Assembly: GCA_013265495.1 (NCBI GenBank)
Contig: MU061538.1
Location: forward strand, 2,437,339-2,501,338
Direction: 5' to 3'
Source of the DNA: Vicugna vicugna
Lineage: Eukaryota
Length of the DNA stretch: 64,000 nt
Made by a program: the position numbers and the translations under genes. Under the pieces are notes generated by a model. That model ran no database searches. It had not been told where the DNA came from and was given only the letters and a program-made list of their open reading frames with translations. Positions 23,534 through 36,472 of the stretch are shown piece by piece. Numbering within the stretch: position 1 is the stretch's first letter; the number at the start of each line of letters is the position of its first letter.

Positions 23534-24959
23534 GGGCCGGAGAGCAGCAGTGCTCCCTTCCCACAGAGGGTTCGACACGTTTATCTACACCAGGCCCGGC
23601 AGGGGACGGGCTCGGCCAGAGCTGGGGGTTCCTGCTCTCGTTCCTGCAGCAGGTGAACCGCGAGCTGCACGATCAGGAGGTGGCGTGCAGCCCGGTCAGC
23701 GGCAACGCCACCCCGTCGGCGCCTCGGACGGGGACGGCCGCCGTCCCTGCTGCCTCCCCTGCTTCCTTTATCCCTGCGGATAAACCTGAAGCTCACAATC
23801 ACAGTGAGGGCGACAGTTCCCGTGGCTTTTCAATAGCCAGGCTGTGACGTTTGCTGAAGGAAGTTTGCAGAAATGAATGCCGGGGACACAGAAAAGAAGG
23901 GCCAAGTGACTTCTTTGGGAGGGCTTCTAGGATTTCTGCGTCCAAATTTTGGAGCTGAGGCGGCACTCAGGACAGGCAAGAATGTGGAGGGACCATCACG
24001 ACTGGGACACGTGTGGGCAGCGGGGGGTCGCGGTTCACCTCTGGTGACCATGGTCTACAGCTCACGTGGTCAGTGGAGTCATGGTTTACCTACTGCAGGA
24101 ATAAGGAGTGGGGCTGGGGGTGATCTGATGGGACCTGAGGAGAGGAAGTGGAGGGCCCAGTGCGGTGGGCGAGGAGACCCGCGGTAGCCAGCTGGGCCGT
24201 GTAGACTGGCCACGACCTCCCCACGCGCCTGACGGTTTCAGTCCCTGCCTTCGACCACTGTTCTTGCGCACAGGGACCTAGAAACCTGAAGCCGTCCATC
24301 CCTGGGTCAGAGAAAGTGTAGACGGAACAAGGGGAGACGAAGGCCATCCCCTCCACTCCTGTGCCGGAGCTGAGCGGGGCCCCGCTGAGCAGCCTTAGGC
24401 TCTTCTGTGTTTCTCCACAAGGTGAAATGCACATGCTGCCCCAGTCAAGGTCACTGACACGTTCTGGAGCTGGAGACGAGGGCTACACAGGAAAAGCGCT
24501 CGCACCACTTACACGGAAGACCGAAAGCACTAAGTTACTGCACGAAAGGTCAGCCGTCAGGTGCAGCCAGTGCTCAGGCCAGCGGCTCTCAGGTCTGGGG
24601 GCCGTTCCAGGTGCCGATTACCTGCAGGTGTTCCCACTGTCACCTTCCTTTCTTATCCTTCTTCAGAAGTCATGGGTGAATTGAATATCATTTTTAAGTA
24701 TTTAATTTCTGCAAGCCATCACGAAGCATCCTTCTGACCGAGGCATCAGATCTTTGGTGCTCACAGAGAACAGGCCTGTCAGGTGTTGGTGACAAACGGG
24801 GGATGTGACTGCAGCCTGGTGAATCTAAACGCAGAGAGAAGGTTTGGAGAGATGTTCATTCCGCACAGATGTCCTCTCCAGGTTGAGTAGGAAGCCACAC
24901 ACTTGCTCTATAAACGCATCACAGCCAGTAACTCAGGAGTGAATAGACTTTAAGAGTTT

Positions 24960-25150
24960 TCAGAACTGACACTGGGGGGCACTGTTCTGAGAACTGTCCC
25001 CGTGTGGGCTCCTTTCATTTCCATCAGACCTTAGGGAACAGATCGCTGTGACTCTCGTTTTTCAGATGAGAAAACAGAGACACAAAGGGTTACATACGCA
25101 TCCAGGTCCACGCGGCTGGTAAGGGGTGAAGCCACATTCGGAGGCAGGCA
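24960..25150 (-). mobile_element. MIR SINE remnant
   Basis: ggcactgttctgag...tttttcagatgagaaaacagagacacaaagggtta. Confidence 0.7.
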
Positions 25151-28100
25151 CAGGTGCCACAGAGCCCTGCTCCTGACCGCAGCTCAGCCGCCCTCGCAGG
25201 ACAGGGCTTTGTGGAGCCGATCACAGGCCTCTGGCAACATACAGGCTTCCTGGTCTGACCAAGACTCCCATCATGTACATCAGAGAAGTAACCAACACTG
25301 AGTTGGAAGAAGCACAAAGCCACGGTTTGAACAACAGCGTACGGGACTGACAGTGATTCCACGTCCGTGAGCTCCTGGCCGTGCCGCTTACTCTAGAACC
25401 AGCGGGCCAGCCGGAGCACTGCATGGCGAGGGTGTCAGTTCCCTTCATCCCCACCAGATGCGGTTCGCTGGCAATGAGGTGCCCTAGCCAGGAACCTCAG
25501 AGATGTTAGCACTTGAAGAGCTCAGTGAAGAATCTACACTCCAGAGTGGCTCTGTCGGCACTGCAGAGCATCATATCTAAATATATGTCAGGGGGTTTTA
25601 AAAATAACGCAAAAGGCATTGAAACCCTTCCTTACTGATGAAAATCTGGTGTGCAGTGCCCCCCATGTCTAGCAGTCCACGGCGAGGGCTGTGCGCTAGA
25701 AGGCTGTGGCTGTGGGCGGTCCCAAACCGGCTCAGGCCACTTATGACATGTGCAGAGTGGGCCGGACACACTGACCGTCCACGCAGGACACAGCACACAC
25801 AGCTCACCAAACGTTTAATAAAGCGCGGGTTTAGCTCAGAGCCACTGGGCACGGTCCACGGGGACAGTGCTGAGCGATTTCGTTTTGCCTGCAGGGAATT
25901 TAGAAAGACTGGGGGGCCGTCAGGGAGGAGTTCTTCTTTATGGGGATCCATTTCCTGTGGGGCACACAGACCCAGATCGCCCCACTGATCTCCTCAGGGC
26001 TCCGGTCGCGATCATGTTTCCCATGAAAGCTGCTCCCCCAGTCCACTCTCTGCCTCCTCAGACAACCCGGATCATAGGGCGTGGGGTCACCCCAAAAACA
26101 CACTCAGGAAGGGACTCGGCCTGTCCACCTGGGCCCTGGCCTCTGGCTGAGGCCTCTCAGAGCACCGCCTCCTTGCACAAGGAGCTGCTGACTCTGGGAG
26201 AGACGCCAGAGGAGGCCATGTGAAGAATTGCACGCTCGCCCCAGCCTTGCCCCAGCCTTGCCGGGCTTTGCAGCCTCTGGACGGAAGTTTGAACGTGAAG
26301 GGTAAGGACCTCATGACCGGGCGCGGGTGTCAGACGGGCAGCTTTGACGACTCCAGCCTAGCAAGGCGCTAGCGGCTGTCCGCACGGGCCGACTCCAGCG
26401 CACAGGCTGACTCCAGCGAGCAGTGCTTCCAGGGCATTCTAAGCTCCAACTCAGGATGCACAACACATGCTCCCCTGCAGAGCTCTGGGAAGAGGCCCCA
26501 CTGTCTCCCACCCCCTCCACACCAGCACCAGCTCAGGGACGGGGGGAGGAGCCCGGGGGTCTCCCGGGCAGGTGCGCAGAGGACAGAGCATCATGGGGGC
26601 CATGCCCCCAGGGGGAGGGGGCCTTCAGCAGCACCGGGGCTACGGGAAAGGGGAGGCAGGGAGAAAGGAGAAAGAACAGAGGGGAGCAGGCAAGGACACA
26701 CGCTTCCCAGCCTCACGCTTCTACCCCTGGTCACTGTCAACTGGGCACCACCTGACCGCGTGGGCCCTAAAGCCGAGCGGACGGGCTGACACCAGAGCAC
26801 AAGCCAGGGTGGGGGGGCCGTGCTCAGCTTCACTCCTGCTGACACCCACCAGGCCAGGCCGCCCACCCACAGCGTCCCCGCGTCTGACCATGTCTCCAGG
26901 TCCTGTCAAGCTCTGGACTAGTTCAGGTTAAAATTCCACCCCGCGTTTCATCCACCAAACCAGACACCGAGTAACACCCTTCAGGCATTTCTCAGCTCCC
27001 CTGACAATGTCAGGCTTCTCAAGTTCGCGCCCCCACCCTTCCTCCACCGGCCCCCAGAGGAGCTGAGGAGATGAGGATTTGTACACACGTGGCGGGGGGT
27101 GCTCTCCAGTGAGCCGACACACTCCAGCTTTCTGCAGGGGAACGAGCCGTTTCATAACAATGACAGATCACTGATATTTCTTTCGGGTTATGCACGTGGC
27201 CGCTTTGGCAATAGGGGTGCAGATGTCTCACGGTTCAGGGGAAAAGTGTAATGGCTTTAAGTTTCATTACTGAAAAGCTTTTGGCCCCAAATTTTGTGCT
27301 GTACCACTGTACCTCGTGTGCGGGATGAAATGATGAAACTGGAAATAACAGAAACAAACGGCAGCGACTGGAGAACGGTCAGCTCCGACACGGCGACCAG
27401 GAGCCTCTCGTAAAACCGCGGGCAAGCCAGCTCGCTGCCCAAACGCCTGCGTGGAGGGAGCTCTGCCACATCTTGCTAAGGCCTGTGTGAATGTGCAGAT
27501 TCTTCACAGAACCCTCGTTTTAAGTTCTCAGAGAGCTCTAGTAACATCTTAACGTTAGTTCTGGAGAGCCAGCTGCAGTAAACAGCTGCAGGGCACTTTC
27601 AAGTCGTCTTTAGTCTCACATTAAAATCAACATTCTGTGTAACTGCAGGACATTGGCCCAGGAGTATAATGTAGAGACACGCACTTTGCTTACAGAACCA
27701 GCCTGCAGCCACCACGAGGCAGGGCGTCTGGAGAGTCACTGAGACACACGCCCGAGCCGTCAGGGGGCACTTCTGCCTGCGGGGGTTGCTTCTGGTGATG
27801 GGGGGGCGTTTCCCACCGGAGAGGGTGGCGGTGTAGACCTGTGAGCGGGGGACGGACATTCCTGGCAGCCCCCGTGTCTCCTACCTCTTCTCTCTCTCAG
27901 CCCTCAAAGTTCTGGAAAGGTTCAATACGTTTAAGATCCTTTTTCAGAAAACAAAACAAATCAATACGGCCCTTGGCTGCCAACAAGCACACGGACTGCA
28001 GGGGCGTTTTGAATTTACATAGCTTAGCTTCTCAGAACCAGCATCTCCAGGCACATCCAGCCCCTGCAAAAGCTTTCAGGGTATTTTTCCTCCTACTCTT

Positions 28101-29439
28101 TTTCCCTTTTTTTTTTTTAAGGATCATCTGGAAGTGAAACAGTTAAGCCACAGATCAGAAAAAGGCGATCTTCAAAGTCTACCTTCCTATTATGAAAAAA
28201 GGAGCCAAGATTCCCCGGGGCTCCCAGGCCCCCAGCTTCAGAAGTCCAGGCACCAGGTCTGCAACCTTCCAGGGGGCAGCACTGAGCAGATTAAGCCGCC
28301 GTGTCCGCTGTGACTGATACAAAATATCTGGGGCCTTGTTACCACGCTGACGCAATTTCCTGTAAATGCCTCGAAGAAAAATTTCCTTTCAGTGGATTTG
28401 CTAAAGCAAAAGCTAATACCTTGAACTGCAAGGCAATGAGCTTCTTATTTTATTAGGAAGATGCTAAAAATGATATTCCAAATGTCCTGCTGGTGGATGT
28501 TTTAAGGAGATTTTTCCCTGAGCAGGTCAAGGCCCTGCCGGCGGGACTCCAGGGCCCTCTCTCTTTGGGGGCCGTTGGGCTGTTACTGCACTGACCTCTG
28601 GAACTGGGGGCCTGCCGCTCAGCGGGCTGTTTGTGCACAGAGCTGGTGAGCACAGTGGACGCTGGACAGTGTCCATTTCACTCCCATGACATCCTCACGT
28701 GAGCTCAGTCAAACCTCAAGGTCGACTCCCCCGGGGCCCAGACGGCAGCTCAGAACCTGGGGTCGTGGGTGCTCTGAGTAGTGGACGCCGTGTTGGAATA
28801 AACAGGGGGGCCAGGGTGACCACACCGAGGAGGACCGCCCTGGTCGGTCCTGAGGTCCCGCATTCTGTTAGAAAACCAGCTGCACAGAACTCAGGATGCT
28901 GGTGGCCTCTGGAAGGGAGTCTCGGGTTGGGGAGAGAGTTGACTGGAAAGGGAATTTCCTGAGAGGACAGAATGTTCTACGTCTTGACGGGGCTACATGG
29001 TGCGTACGTTTGTCAGATGCATCACACTGTGCCCCACAGCTGCGCATTTTACTGTATACAACTTACGTCTCAATTAAAACAAAGGAAATCACGTCACAGA
29101 ACTCTGTGCCTCGGTGACTTCAGTGAGACTGTGAAGAGAAGCGAGACGGAGCTGACCCGTCTGCCTGCTTCCCGTGTCACGACACAGGCAGCACCCCAGC
29201 CTGAGGGATGCGCCCCACGAGGGGAGATAGAACTTTCTGGGCTCACCACGTCCCGAGTATCCCCGACCTCTGACCCAGCCCAGCACGGAGAGCTCTTGCC
29301 GGGACCAGGTGGTCTCAGGCGGGAAGGCTGAGAAGGACATGCTGTTTATCAGCCCGGGGCTGGGGGTGCCAGCCTCCTGGCTCACGTCTGCAGTTCTGGA
29401 AAGGGAACTGTCCTGGACTTGAACAGCGACATTCCCCAC

Positions 29440-29520
29440 TCGTCTCCTCTGACCTTGTGTGACCTTGGGAAGCTGACTCACCGTCACCATGCCTCCTCTG
29501 TGAAGTGTCCAGAACAGCAC
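29440..29520 (+). mobile_element. Short MIR remnant
   Basis: tgtgtgaccttgggaagctgactcacc...cctcctctgtgaa. Confidence 0.5.
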
Positions 29521-29544
29521 TCACGTCAGGGTCCTGCCACAGGG

Positions 29545-29848
29545 GCACTGTGGACCCGATGTTTGCGGCCCCACAGGAATTCACCTTGAAGCCAAAACCC
29601 CCATGATGGGGTTCGCCTCCTTCTAGGAGGATGGAGAGGCCAGAGCTTCCTCCCCGTCTCTGTCTCCCTGTCTCTCTCCATCACGGACACGGAGGGAAGG
29701 TGGCTGTCTGCAGGCCAGGAGGAGAGCCCTCGCGGACACCAGACCTGCTGGAGCCCTGACCTGGACTTCCCAGGCCCCGGGACCAGGAGACCCGGTGCTG
29801 ACCGGGCCGTGCGGTGGTGGTGATCGCCGTACCAGCCGGGACTAAGGC
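29545..29848 (+). mobile_element. MLT1A-type solo LTR (ERVL-MaLR)
   Basis: Starts ctgtggacccgatgtttgcggcccc, contains ccctcgcggacaccagacctgctggagccctgacctggacttccc, ends gactaaggc, like the MLT1A consensus as recalled. Confidence 0.75.
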
Positions 29849-29959
29849 GTGAGGTAACAGACACCCGAGGGCTTGGCGTGGCGCCTGCACCACCCGCGGT
29901 CAACACGTGGCAGTTACTGGGGCAGCCAGGTTCTCATGAGCAGGGAGATGGACTATAAG

Positions 29960-30620
29960 CGTTTGACAAGAGAGCCGCTCGCGCAGATCCGTAGCTGTTT
30001 CCTCCTGCGAGCCGCCGGGGCCCCCGGCGCCAGAGGAAGGCCAGGGGCAGCAGACGCCCACCGCGGCAGCTGCGCTCGGCGGCAAGGCACTCTGCCGCCC
30101 TCCTTCCGAAGCTCTGGCCTCTTCTTTCCTTTCCCGCTCTCCCTCCCCCAGCAGGACCAGAACCAGGCCCTCAGCCCCTCAGATGGGGAGCGGCAGACCC
30201 ACGTGCCTGCGACCCGGGCCGCTCCCGGAGTCACCCTGGGCACAAGGAACCCACCCGGCCGCGCCCCCCGCCCTCCGGGGGGCCGGGCTGCAGGAGGGCC
30301 CCACGCCCGCGCCAGGTGCGCCCACACGCAGGCCCCTGTGGGCCGCCTGCTGCTCCCGGGGCTCCGCAGGATCCTCGGCATTTAGCAGACCCTCCAGAAA
30401 CGGGAGCTGAACTCACAGCTGGAGTCAGAGGAGACACGGCCGCCGCCCACCCCAAGGCGGCAGCAGCGACCCCGGGAGCACCCCGCCGGCCGCGCCGCGG
30501 GCCCTACCTTCGTACAGCCAGTCGCTGAGGCCATTGTAGATGACGCCTTCCCGCCCCGTCGAGACCACGCGGATGGCCTGCTTCCCGACGTGCGCGCAGT
30601 AGTAGATGTTGTTCTCAAAG
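29960..30620. promoter_or_regulatory. Intragenic CpG island covering the 121-nt exon and the start of the downstream intron
   Basis: Hand count of about 60 CpG in 30001-30600, GC roughly 70%, estimated observed/expected about 0.75. Confidence 0.75.
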
Positions 30621-30628
30621 ATAAATAT
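30508..30628 (-). CDS. DPP6: DPP6 coding exon (equivalent to human exon 8), 121 nt: [40 protein letters not shown](E)
   Basis: Hand translation shows the DPP4-family NGxxDWxYEEE motif. Acceptor tttccttctctttccaaatcag|ATA, donor GAAG|gtaggg. Confidence 0.98.
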
Positions 30629-30654
30629 CTGATTTGGAAAGAGAAGGAAACAGC

Positions 30655-30661
30655 GTTAGTC
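30655..30661 (-). promoter_or_regulatory. Branch point GACTAAC for the 121-nt exon
   Basis: Reverse complement of gttagtc. Branch A at 30656, about 28 nt upstream of the acceptor, directly followed by the polypyrimidine tract. Confidence 0.75.
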
Positions 30662-30979
30662 AAGGCGGTGCTTACCAACAGGGTGCTCTGAAAACGCCCC
30701 AAACCAGCTCTGCGGTCTGCGCTTTCCGGCTGTGTTTATTTGGTAGAACAAGGGTGGTCTCAGGATCACTTGGGGCGTAGCCCCCTCCAGCGTCACCCAC
30801 ATTTAAGGCCAGCCCGAGACGCAGACCCCACACGGCTCACCCAGCGTCACCGTCTGCCACGACCGCGCAGCTTGTCTGATACTCTTGGGTACGTTAACAT
30901 CAAACTGCATCGGCCACCTGAGCAATTGTGCTTTTCCTGGCAACTATGACGGGTGGGCTGGGAACCCTGAAATCTGAGA

Positions 30980-31135
30980 TTTGTTCACTCGACATTTATT
31001 GAAAATAATTCAGTGGGCACCTGCTCTGGGCCCGTCTCGGGAGAGCACAGCGAGAAGTGAGGTGGGCTGGATCATATTATGTGCTTTTATTCCACTTACA
31101 ATCTGGTAAAGAAGACAAGCTTTGACAGAGAAATG
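30980..31135 (-). mobile_element. L2 3' end remnant
   Basis: ttgttcactcgacatttattga...gggcacctgctctgggccc...cttacaatctggtaaagaagacaag. Confidence 0.6.
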
Positions 31136-31229
31136 CCCCGATGGGGCAGGTGGAGCTCTGGGAGCATGTAGCAGTACTAACTCAGGCCGAAGGACAGGTG
31201 AGGATTCCCTGAAAAACTGATTGAAAATA

Positions 31230-31585
31230 AATTTTTTAAACTGGAATAAAACATACACGACAAAATTTTCCACTTTAACCATTTTTAAGGGTGTGGTTCC
31301 GTGGCGGGAAGTGTGTCCACACCGCTGTGCGGCCGTCACCACCAGAAGTCTTCTCATCTCGCAGAACTAGAACCCGTCCCCGCTAAACACCCGACTCCCC
31401 ATTCCTGTCTCCGTCCCCAGAGCCCAGCAATCAACTTTCTGTCTCTCCGAGTCTGACTCCCCTAGGGACCTCATGCGGGCAGAACAGCACAGCGCTGTCC
31501 TCCTGTGACGCCTTACTTCACCGAGCAGAGTGTCCTCCTGGTCCATCTGTGCTGTAGCAGGTGTTAGGATTTTGAGAAAGTATTT
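31230..31585 (-). mobile_element. L1MB-type 3' end
   Basis: aaaattttccactttaaccatttttaag...cccagcaatc...actttctgtctct...ttacttcaccgagc...gtgttaggattt follows the reverse-complement L1MB 3' UTR. Confidence 0.85.
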
Positions 31586-31589
31586 TTAG

Positions 31590-32120
31590 GTTGAGACCTG
31601 AGTGAGGAGCAGGATGAAGAAAGGGGACTGAGAAGTTACGTCACACGGAGGAAGCGGCTTGAGAGAAACCCAGAGGCAAGCGTGGGCCTGGGGAGTTGGA
31701 GGAACTGGTCCAGGGCCCCCGTGCCGGGTCCTGCCGGGCGGGAGGAGGAGGAGCAGATGAGGAAGCCGGGGCGGCGGGTGCCAGCTCCCCAGGGTCCCTG
31801 CTCCAGGCTGCGGGGTCCCAGGGGCAGTGGAAGCCCTGGGCGGAGGCGGGAGGAGGGAGCAGACGGGTAAATACGAGTCTTCGCCAGGTGCCCGAGGCCG
31901 TGTGGGTGAGGAAGACCAGCAGGAGCCAGCCCGTCACCTCCACGGAGGTGGATGGAGTGGACCAGCTGGGAGACGGCTGGGAGGACGCCCTGACCTGGGA
32001 GAGCGACGCGGGAGGAAGCAAAGCGGTTCTCGAGCTGTTCTCTGGGTCAGCTGGTGGCCCGTCCGCAGTGCTGGGTGCCCCGGAAGACGTGTGTCAACCG
32101 TCAGCCTCTGGGGAGGGGAG
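31590..32120 (-). mobile_element. Degenerate L2 body (continuation of the L2 split by the L1MB)
   Basis: Purine-rich gaggtggatggagtggaccagctgggagac...gggaggaagcaaagcggttctcgag...gggtcagctggtgg resembles L2 internal sequence. Confidence 0.45.
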
Positions 32121-32124
32121 GTGG

Positions 32125-32303
32125 GTGGTCTGGTGCTGGAATCGTGACGCGTATCAGGCTGATCTGAGGAGCTTTTGAAAATCCTCCCACCAGGTCCAAG
32201 AGCCCAGTCCAGTGGCCAGAATCTAGGGTGGGGTTCTGGGGTCAGTATTTTAAAGACACACCCTAGGCTACTCCACTGTGCAACCACGTTTATGAAGCAG
32301 TGG
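32125..32303. mobile_element. MER5-type hAT-Charlie MITE remnant
   Basis: gcgtatcaggctgatctgaggagcttttgaaaat...ctagggtggggttctggggtcagtattttaaag...gaagcagtgg. Confidence 0.55.
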
Positions 32304-35300
32304 CCCGGGGAAAATCTATCACCTCCCGAAGCTCTCACAGCATAAACCAGCCTGTTCTCAAGGCACCGTTAATTCCGCCCTGTGTTTTCTGCATCTAAAT
32401 TCTCTGCCTGCTTCCCCAAAGCGCTTCAGAACATGATGCAAATACTCAATGTTTATGGAAACCAAGCTATAAAGACCAAGAACAAGACTGAATTTCAGTT
32501 TTTTTAAAAAAGAAACTCTAAAAAAAATTGTCAGTGTCATGCAAGAGAGCAGTGAGGGGGTGTTTTGCAAGCACAGGAAAAAGAGTAAATATTGACATTT
32601 TAAGTGGGAGATGCAGGAATGGCAGTTCCCACGGACCTTTCTCAAGGAAGGATGCAGCTGGATTAAGTGTTAGCTTTCTGCTCAGGCCTCCTGCCTCTCA
32701 AAGCATTCGCTTCAGCCAGAAATGGGCTGGGAAGCTTCCGGACACAAGCACACATCCGAATTTAATTTCAGCACCCGTTCTCACCGGCTTGCCCAAGGGT
32801 GAGATGCATGACTAAATTTTAACTTCTTTTACACGTTTGAAGCCTACGATAAATCTTCTGAGTCAAATCAGACCGTAGCCGACTAATAACTGGAATAAGT
32901 AAAATTTGCTATGAGAGATATTTAATCCCTTTTCACCCTGGCTTTATTTTTAGTGGAAGAAGAACAAAAGGAAACACGTAGGATGGAAGAGTGCGCTTTC
33001 TTTGAAGATGTTTTCTGTTTCCCTCTGACATCCGGCGAAGATATGGGAGTAAAGGGTAAGAAAGGCGCTCAGTTTCATCCGTGGTGACACCACGCTGGGC
33101 ATGGGGAGGGTGGGAAACCCCAGGGTGCTGGGTCTCGGTAAGACGAGACACTGGGTGAGCGCTGGGGCCTCCTCTCCTCGCCCACTGCCGTGCACCGGTG
33201 GCTCAGCGCACACCCATCATGTCAGGCTCTGGTTCCGGGGGAGGGGGGGCTTCGCCTTCCCCGGGGCAGCAGGCGCCGTCTGATCTGTGCTGATGGCCCA
33301 GCCCCTCGCCCACCTGCAGGGCCTTCCAGGGGAAAGCTGCAGAGTTCACTCAGAGCACAGGTGAGGGCTCTCCGGAAGCGACAAAAATCAGCGCAGACTC
33401 GGGAGAGTCCGTTTCCCTTTTTCTGCCCAGAAGTCAGCCTGGGACCCGGGCGAGGGGCCAGCAGAGATGCAGCAGCACCTGCTGGGCCTGCGGGGCCAGG
33501 AAGCCGCGTCCACCAGGCCCCGGCCCAAGCAGAGGCCCCCTCAGAGCCTTCTGGGAGCCGCGAAGGAGGAGACTCGCTCCTTTATCAAGACACCCGGTGT
33601 GTGCAGACGGCGCCCGCCAGGGCCGGGAAGACAGGCGGTGAGTGTGGGTCCGTGGTGTGCAAACCAGCCGGTCCCTGGCAGTGGCAGATCCTCCCACGGG
33701 ATTATCGACATTCACCTTCCCACCCCGTGCCCACGACCTGATCAGAAATAGGGAATCTGGCACCTCAAGTTTCTCCTTGGGGTTCATTCTGTCTTCTCAG
33801 AGACCAGATTCCAGTTTGATGAGACCCCATGTCCTCTGCTTTCTGGCCTCTCCCCCCTCCCCTCCTGTGGCCATGTCACCTCTTTGCAGAACTAGACACA
33901 TTCACTTTTTCAATGAAAGAAATGTCCATCAACTTCACCGGAACACGGGCGATGGAAGGGGTCCTGGTTTGCTGGCCCGGACCACCACCCTGCAGCCCCT
34001 GATGCCAGTGGAGCCCCTTGGCTCTAGAAGGCGGGGGCGTGACCCAGCAACCTGGAGGCGCGGGAGGCCCGGCTGCAGCCAGTGCCCCTGCTGCCGCCCA
34101 CGCGGCCGTGCGGCTTTATTCAGTGTGGAGAGCAAGCCCGAGGCCACGCTCCCCAAGGCACGACCAAGAAGGGAAACTCCTGGAAAGCAGAATTTCTGGA
34201 ATTTTTGAAAGCTCAAAGGGATGGAATCTAGTAAGCTCAGAGACGTTAGAAAACACAGGAAGAGTGACTTTGGAGGAGGTTGTGGTGAAAAGTTTTCTGG
34301 ACGTGGCTAAAGGGCAAAGAGGTAGGAGGTCCCAAAGCAGAGGAAGTCGGAACCCCCTCAGAGGGCCGCGGGCAGCCTGGGGACGATGGGAAGGGCCCTC
34401 TGAGGTCTCGTTTGACAGCACCGTCCATACTGAAGCTCTCCACGTGTGACGGGCCGCAGGGGGCCGTCTGGAGGGGCTATTGAGCGCAGAGCTGTCTCCC
34501 AGCTCAAGTCCTTCATCGTCATCCTGCTCCACCTGCATCACATTGGCAGCTGCACCAACGAAAACGCTGGGAAATTGTCCTAGCGCAGCATTCCTTCTTG
34601 TCGGAGAACTGTGTTAAAATTCAACACATATCCGCTGAGCAAGAGTAACTCTTCTTTCCTTTCAGAAGTCACCCCAGGTTTTCCTCTTTTTCCGAGCAGC
34701 CAGGATTAAGCTCCGAAGCCCTCTGCTCAGGATTCAAAGCCATCGCCACCCTCCAAGTCACTCCCCATTCCAGATTTCCTCTCGCCAGGCTCAGCTCTCT
34801 TCTGTCTCCCAAACGAGCCCGCAGCTTCCTCTCAGCCTGGACAAACCTTCCTCCTCAGGGCCCCCGGTGGCTGCAGCATCCCTGCCCTCGCCACTCCCAA
34901 ACGTCCTCAGCACTTTCTCTGTGCTCCGTGGAGTCTTTGCTGCCGCAGTTTCCTCCTCTCCAACACCTGCACGTGTTTCTCTACAGCTCCCTCTGGAGTG
35001 TGTAACCGCACAGTATCTGTCACTGTATTACAGTGACCTAGACTGGCTTCCCTCACACGGAAGCACACTGTAGCCTGATTTTGAACTGCACGTTATTTTT
35101 TCTCTCTCCCCCTTAGAGCACTCGCCCTCCCCCTTGGGCACCTGTCGTCCCAGGCACCAAGATGTTGGAGGGCCCCACTCATCACCTCTAGGAGCAGAAG
35201 GCACCATCACTGGACTCGGGGACATCAGTCCAGCGAGGTACCATCTGGAGGAGAGGAGCAGGGCCCCTGCGCACACAGGACCCGATCAGAAGCCCTGGTC

Positions 35301-36382
35301 TCCGGACTCTTCCTGTGCGACTCCCTGATGGCCCCTCCCAGGGGAGCTCGGTCTCTAAGGCGTGGGCCTGCTGCGACTCCCTTTGGCTGGCAGAGCAATG
35401 AAGCTGTTTCTTTTCTGTCCTCCCAAAACTCTGTGTCCGTTTCTATTTTGGCTGCGGGCACAGAGGCCATTTTTTGGCAACAAGCAGGCAGGGATGCGTC
35501 TCCTAACCCTTGCTTTCCCCTCCGCATCTTCAACAGGACCATGTACACAGCAGGGCTCCGTGAGCAGCAAGTGTGTTGGTTTTCAAACAACCAGCTGTCG
35601 GATGTCCAAGTTTCATAGGACTTGCCCCGACTTCATCGTGATTCACCAAGACCAATGCCCTCCCTCATTTCCAGGCACCTGCAGTGCTTCGGCTGTCCTC
35701 GCGCTGGATGGCAGGAACCACGCCCACAGCCAGCAGCCCCGGCGTGCCCCTCGCGCGGGACCTCACCCCGAATCTAAATAGAGATTTCTTGTAATTCAAA
35801 CCAAGTGGACTGGAAATGTGGAGCAAAGTGTATTTTGCTGTTCTTACAAAATGAATCACATTTTTATCAGTTTGATTCTTCACAACGAGCACTTTTGACT
35901 ACATATGGTTCATACGCTCAAGTGCAATTAGCTGGAATTCTCCGGAGGAAGGAGAACTTTCAGTGAAACAGATTCTCCTGGTGAATTTTCTAATTAAGGA
36001 GAAGAGCTTTCAGTTTCAGTCCGTATTGGGGAAATATCTCTGTGTTTTCTACTTTCTGGTTTATTAAATAGGACAAGGTGCACAACATGCAATTATCGGT
36101 GCCTAAGGGTTTTATACAGCCTAAGATCATCAGTATAAATATGTTCTCATTGCCCAGAATGATGGTGTCAAAAAAGGGATTGGATTAAACCTCTTCCGCT
36201 CCTGAAGCTCTTCTCCTTGACGCTGTGTTGTTATTACTCTTTCCATGTAAACAGTAGGGGGCAACCCCCCCTCCCAGTCTAGCACAGGCGTCCGTGGGGT
36301 TTGGCTAGCTGAGGCTTTACCTGACTTTTCTGGGAATCTAGAACACAGCGTCAGGCGACTCACCGAGAAGAAGTCAGTGTCC

Positions 36383-36472
36383 GTGTGCATGCGTGTGTGT
36401 GCATGTGCGTGTGTGCATGCATGTGTGTGCATGTGCGTGTGTGCATGCTTGTGTGTGCATGCGCGTGTGTGT
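36383..36472. repeat. Cryptic alternating purine-pyrimidine repeat (GT/GC/AT; GTGTGCAT-like units)
   Basis: gtgtgcatgcgtgtgtgtgcatgtgcgtgtgtgcatgcatgtgtgtgcatgtgcgtgtgtgcatgcttgtgtgtgcatgcgcgtgtgtgt seen directly. Confidence 0.95.

Noticed and set aside
26347-26417. Three copies of gactccagc
   Set aside because: Short and irregularly spaced. Not a CRISPR-like or minisatellite array.
28263-28281. Additional CTCF-like words (here and about 27752-27770)
   Set aside because: They have mismatches at highly conserved 5' core positions, and GGGGGC words are frequent at this GC content.
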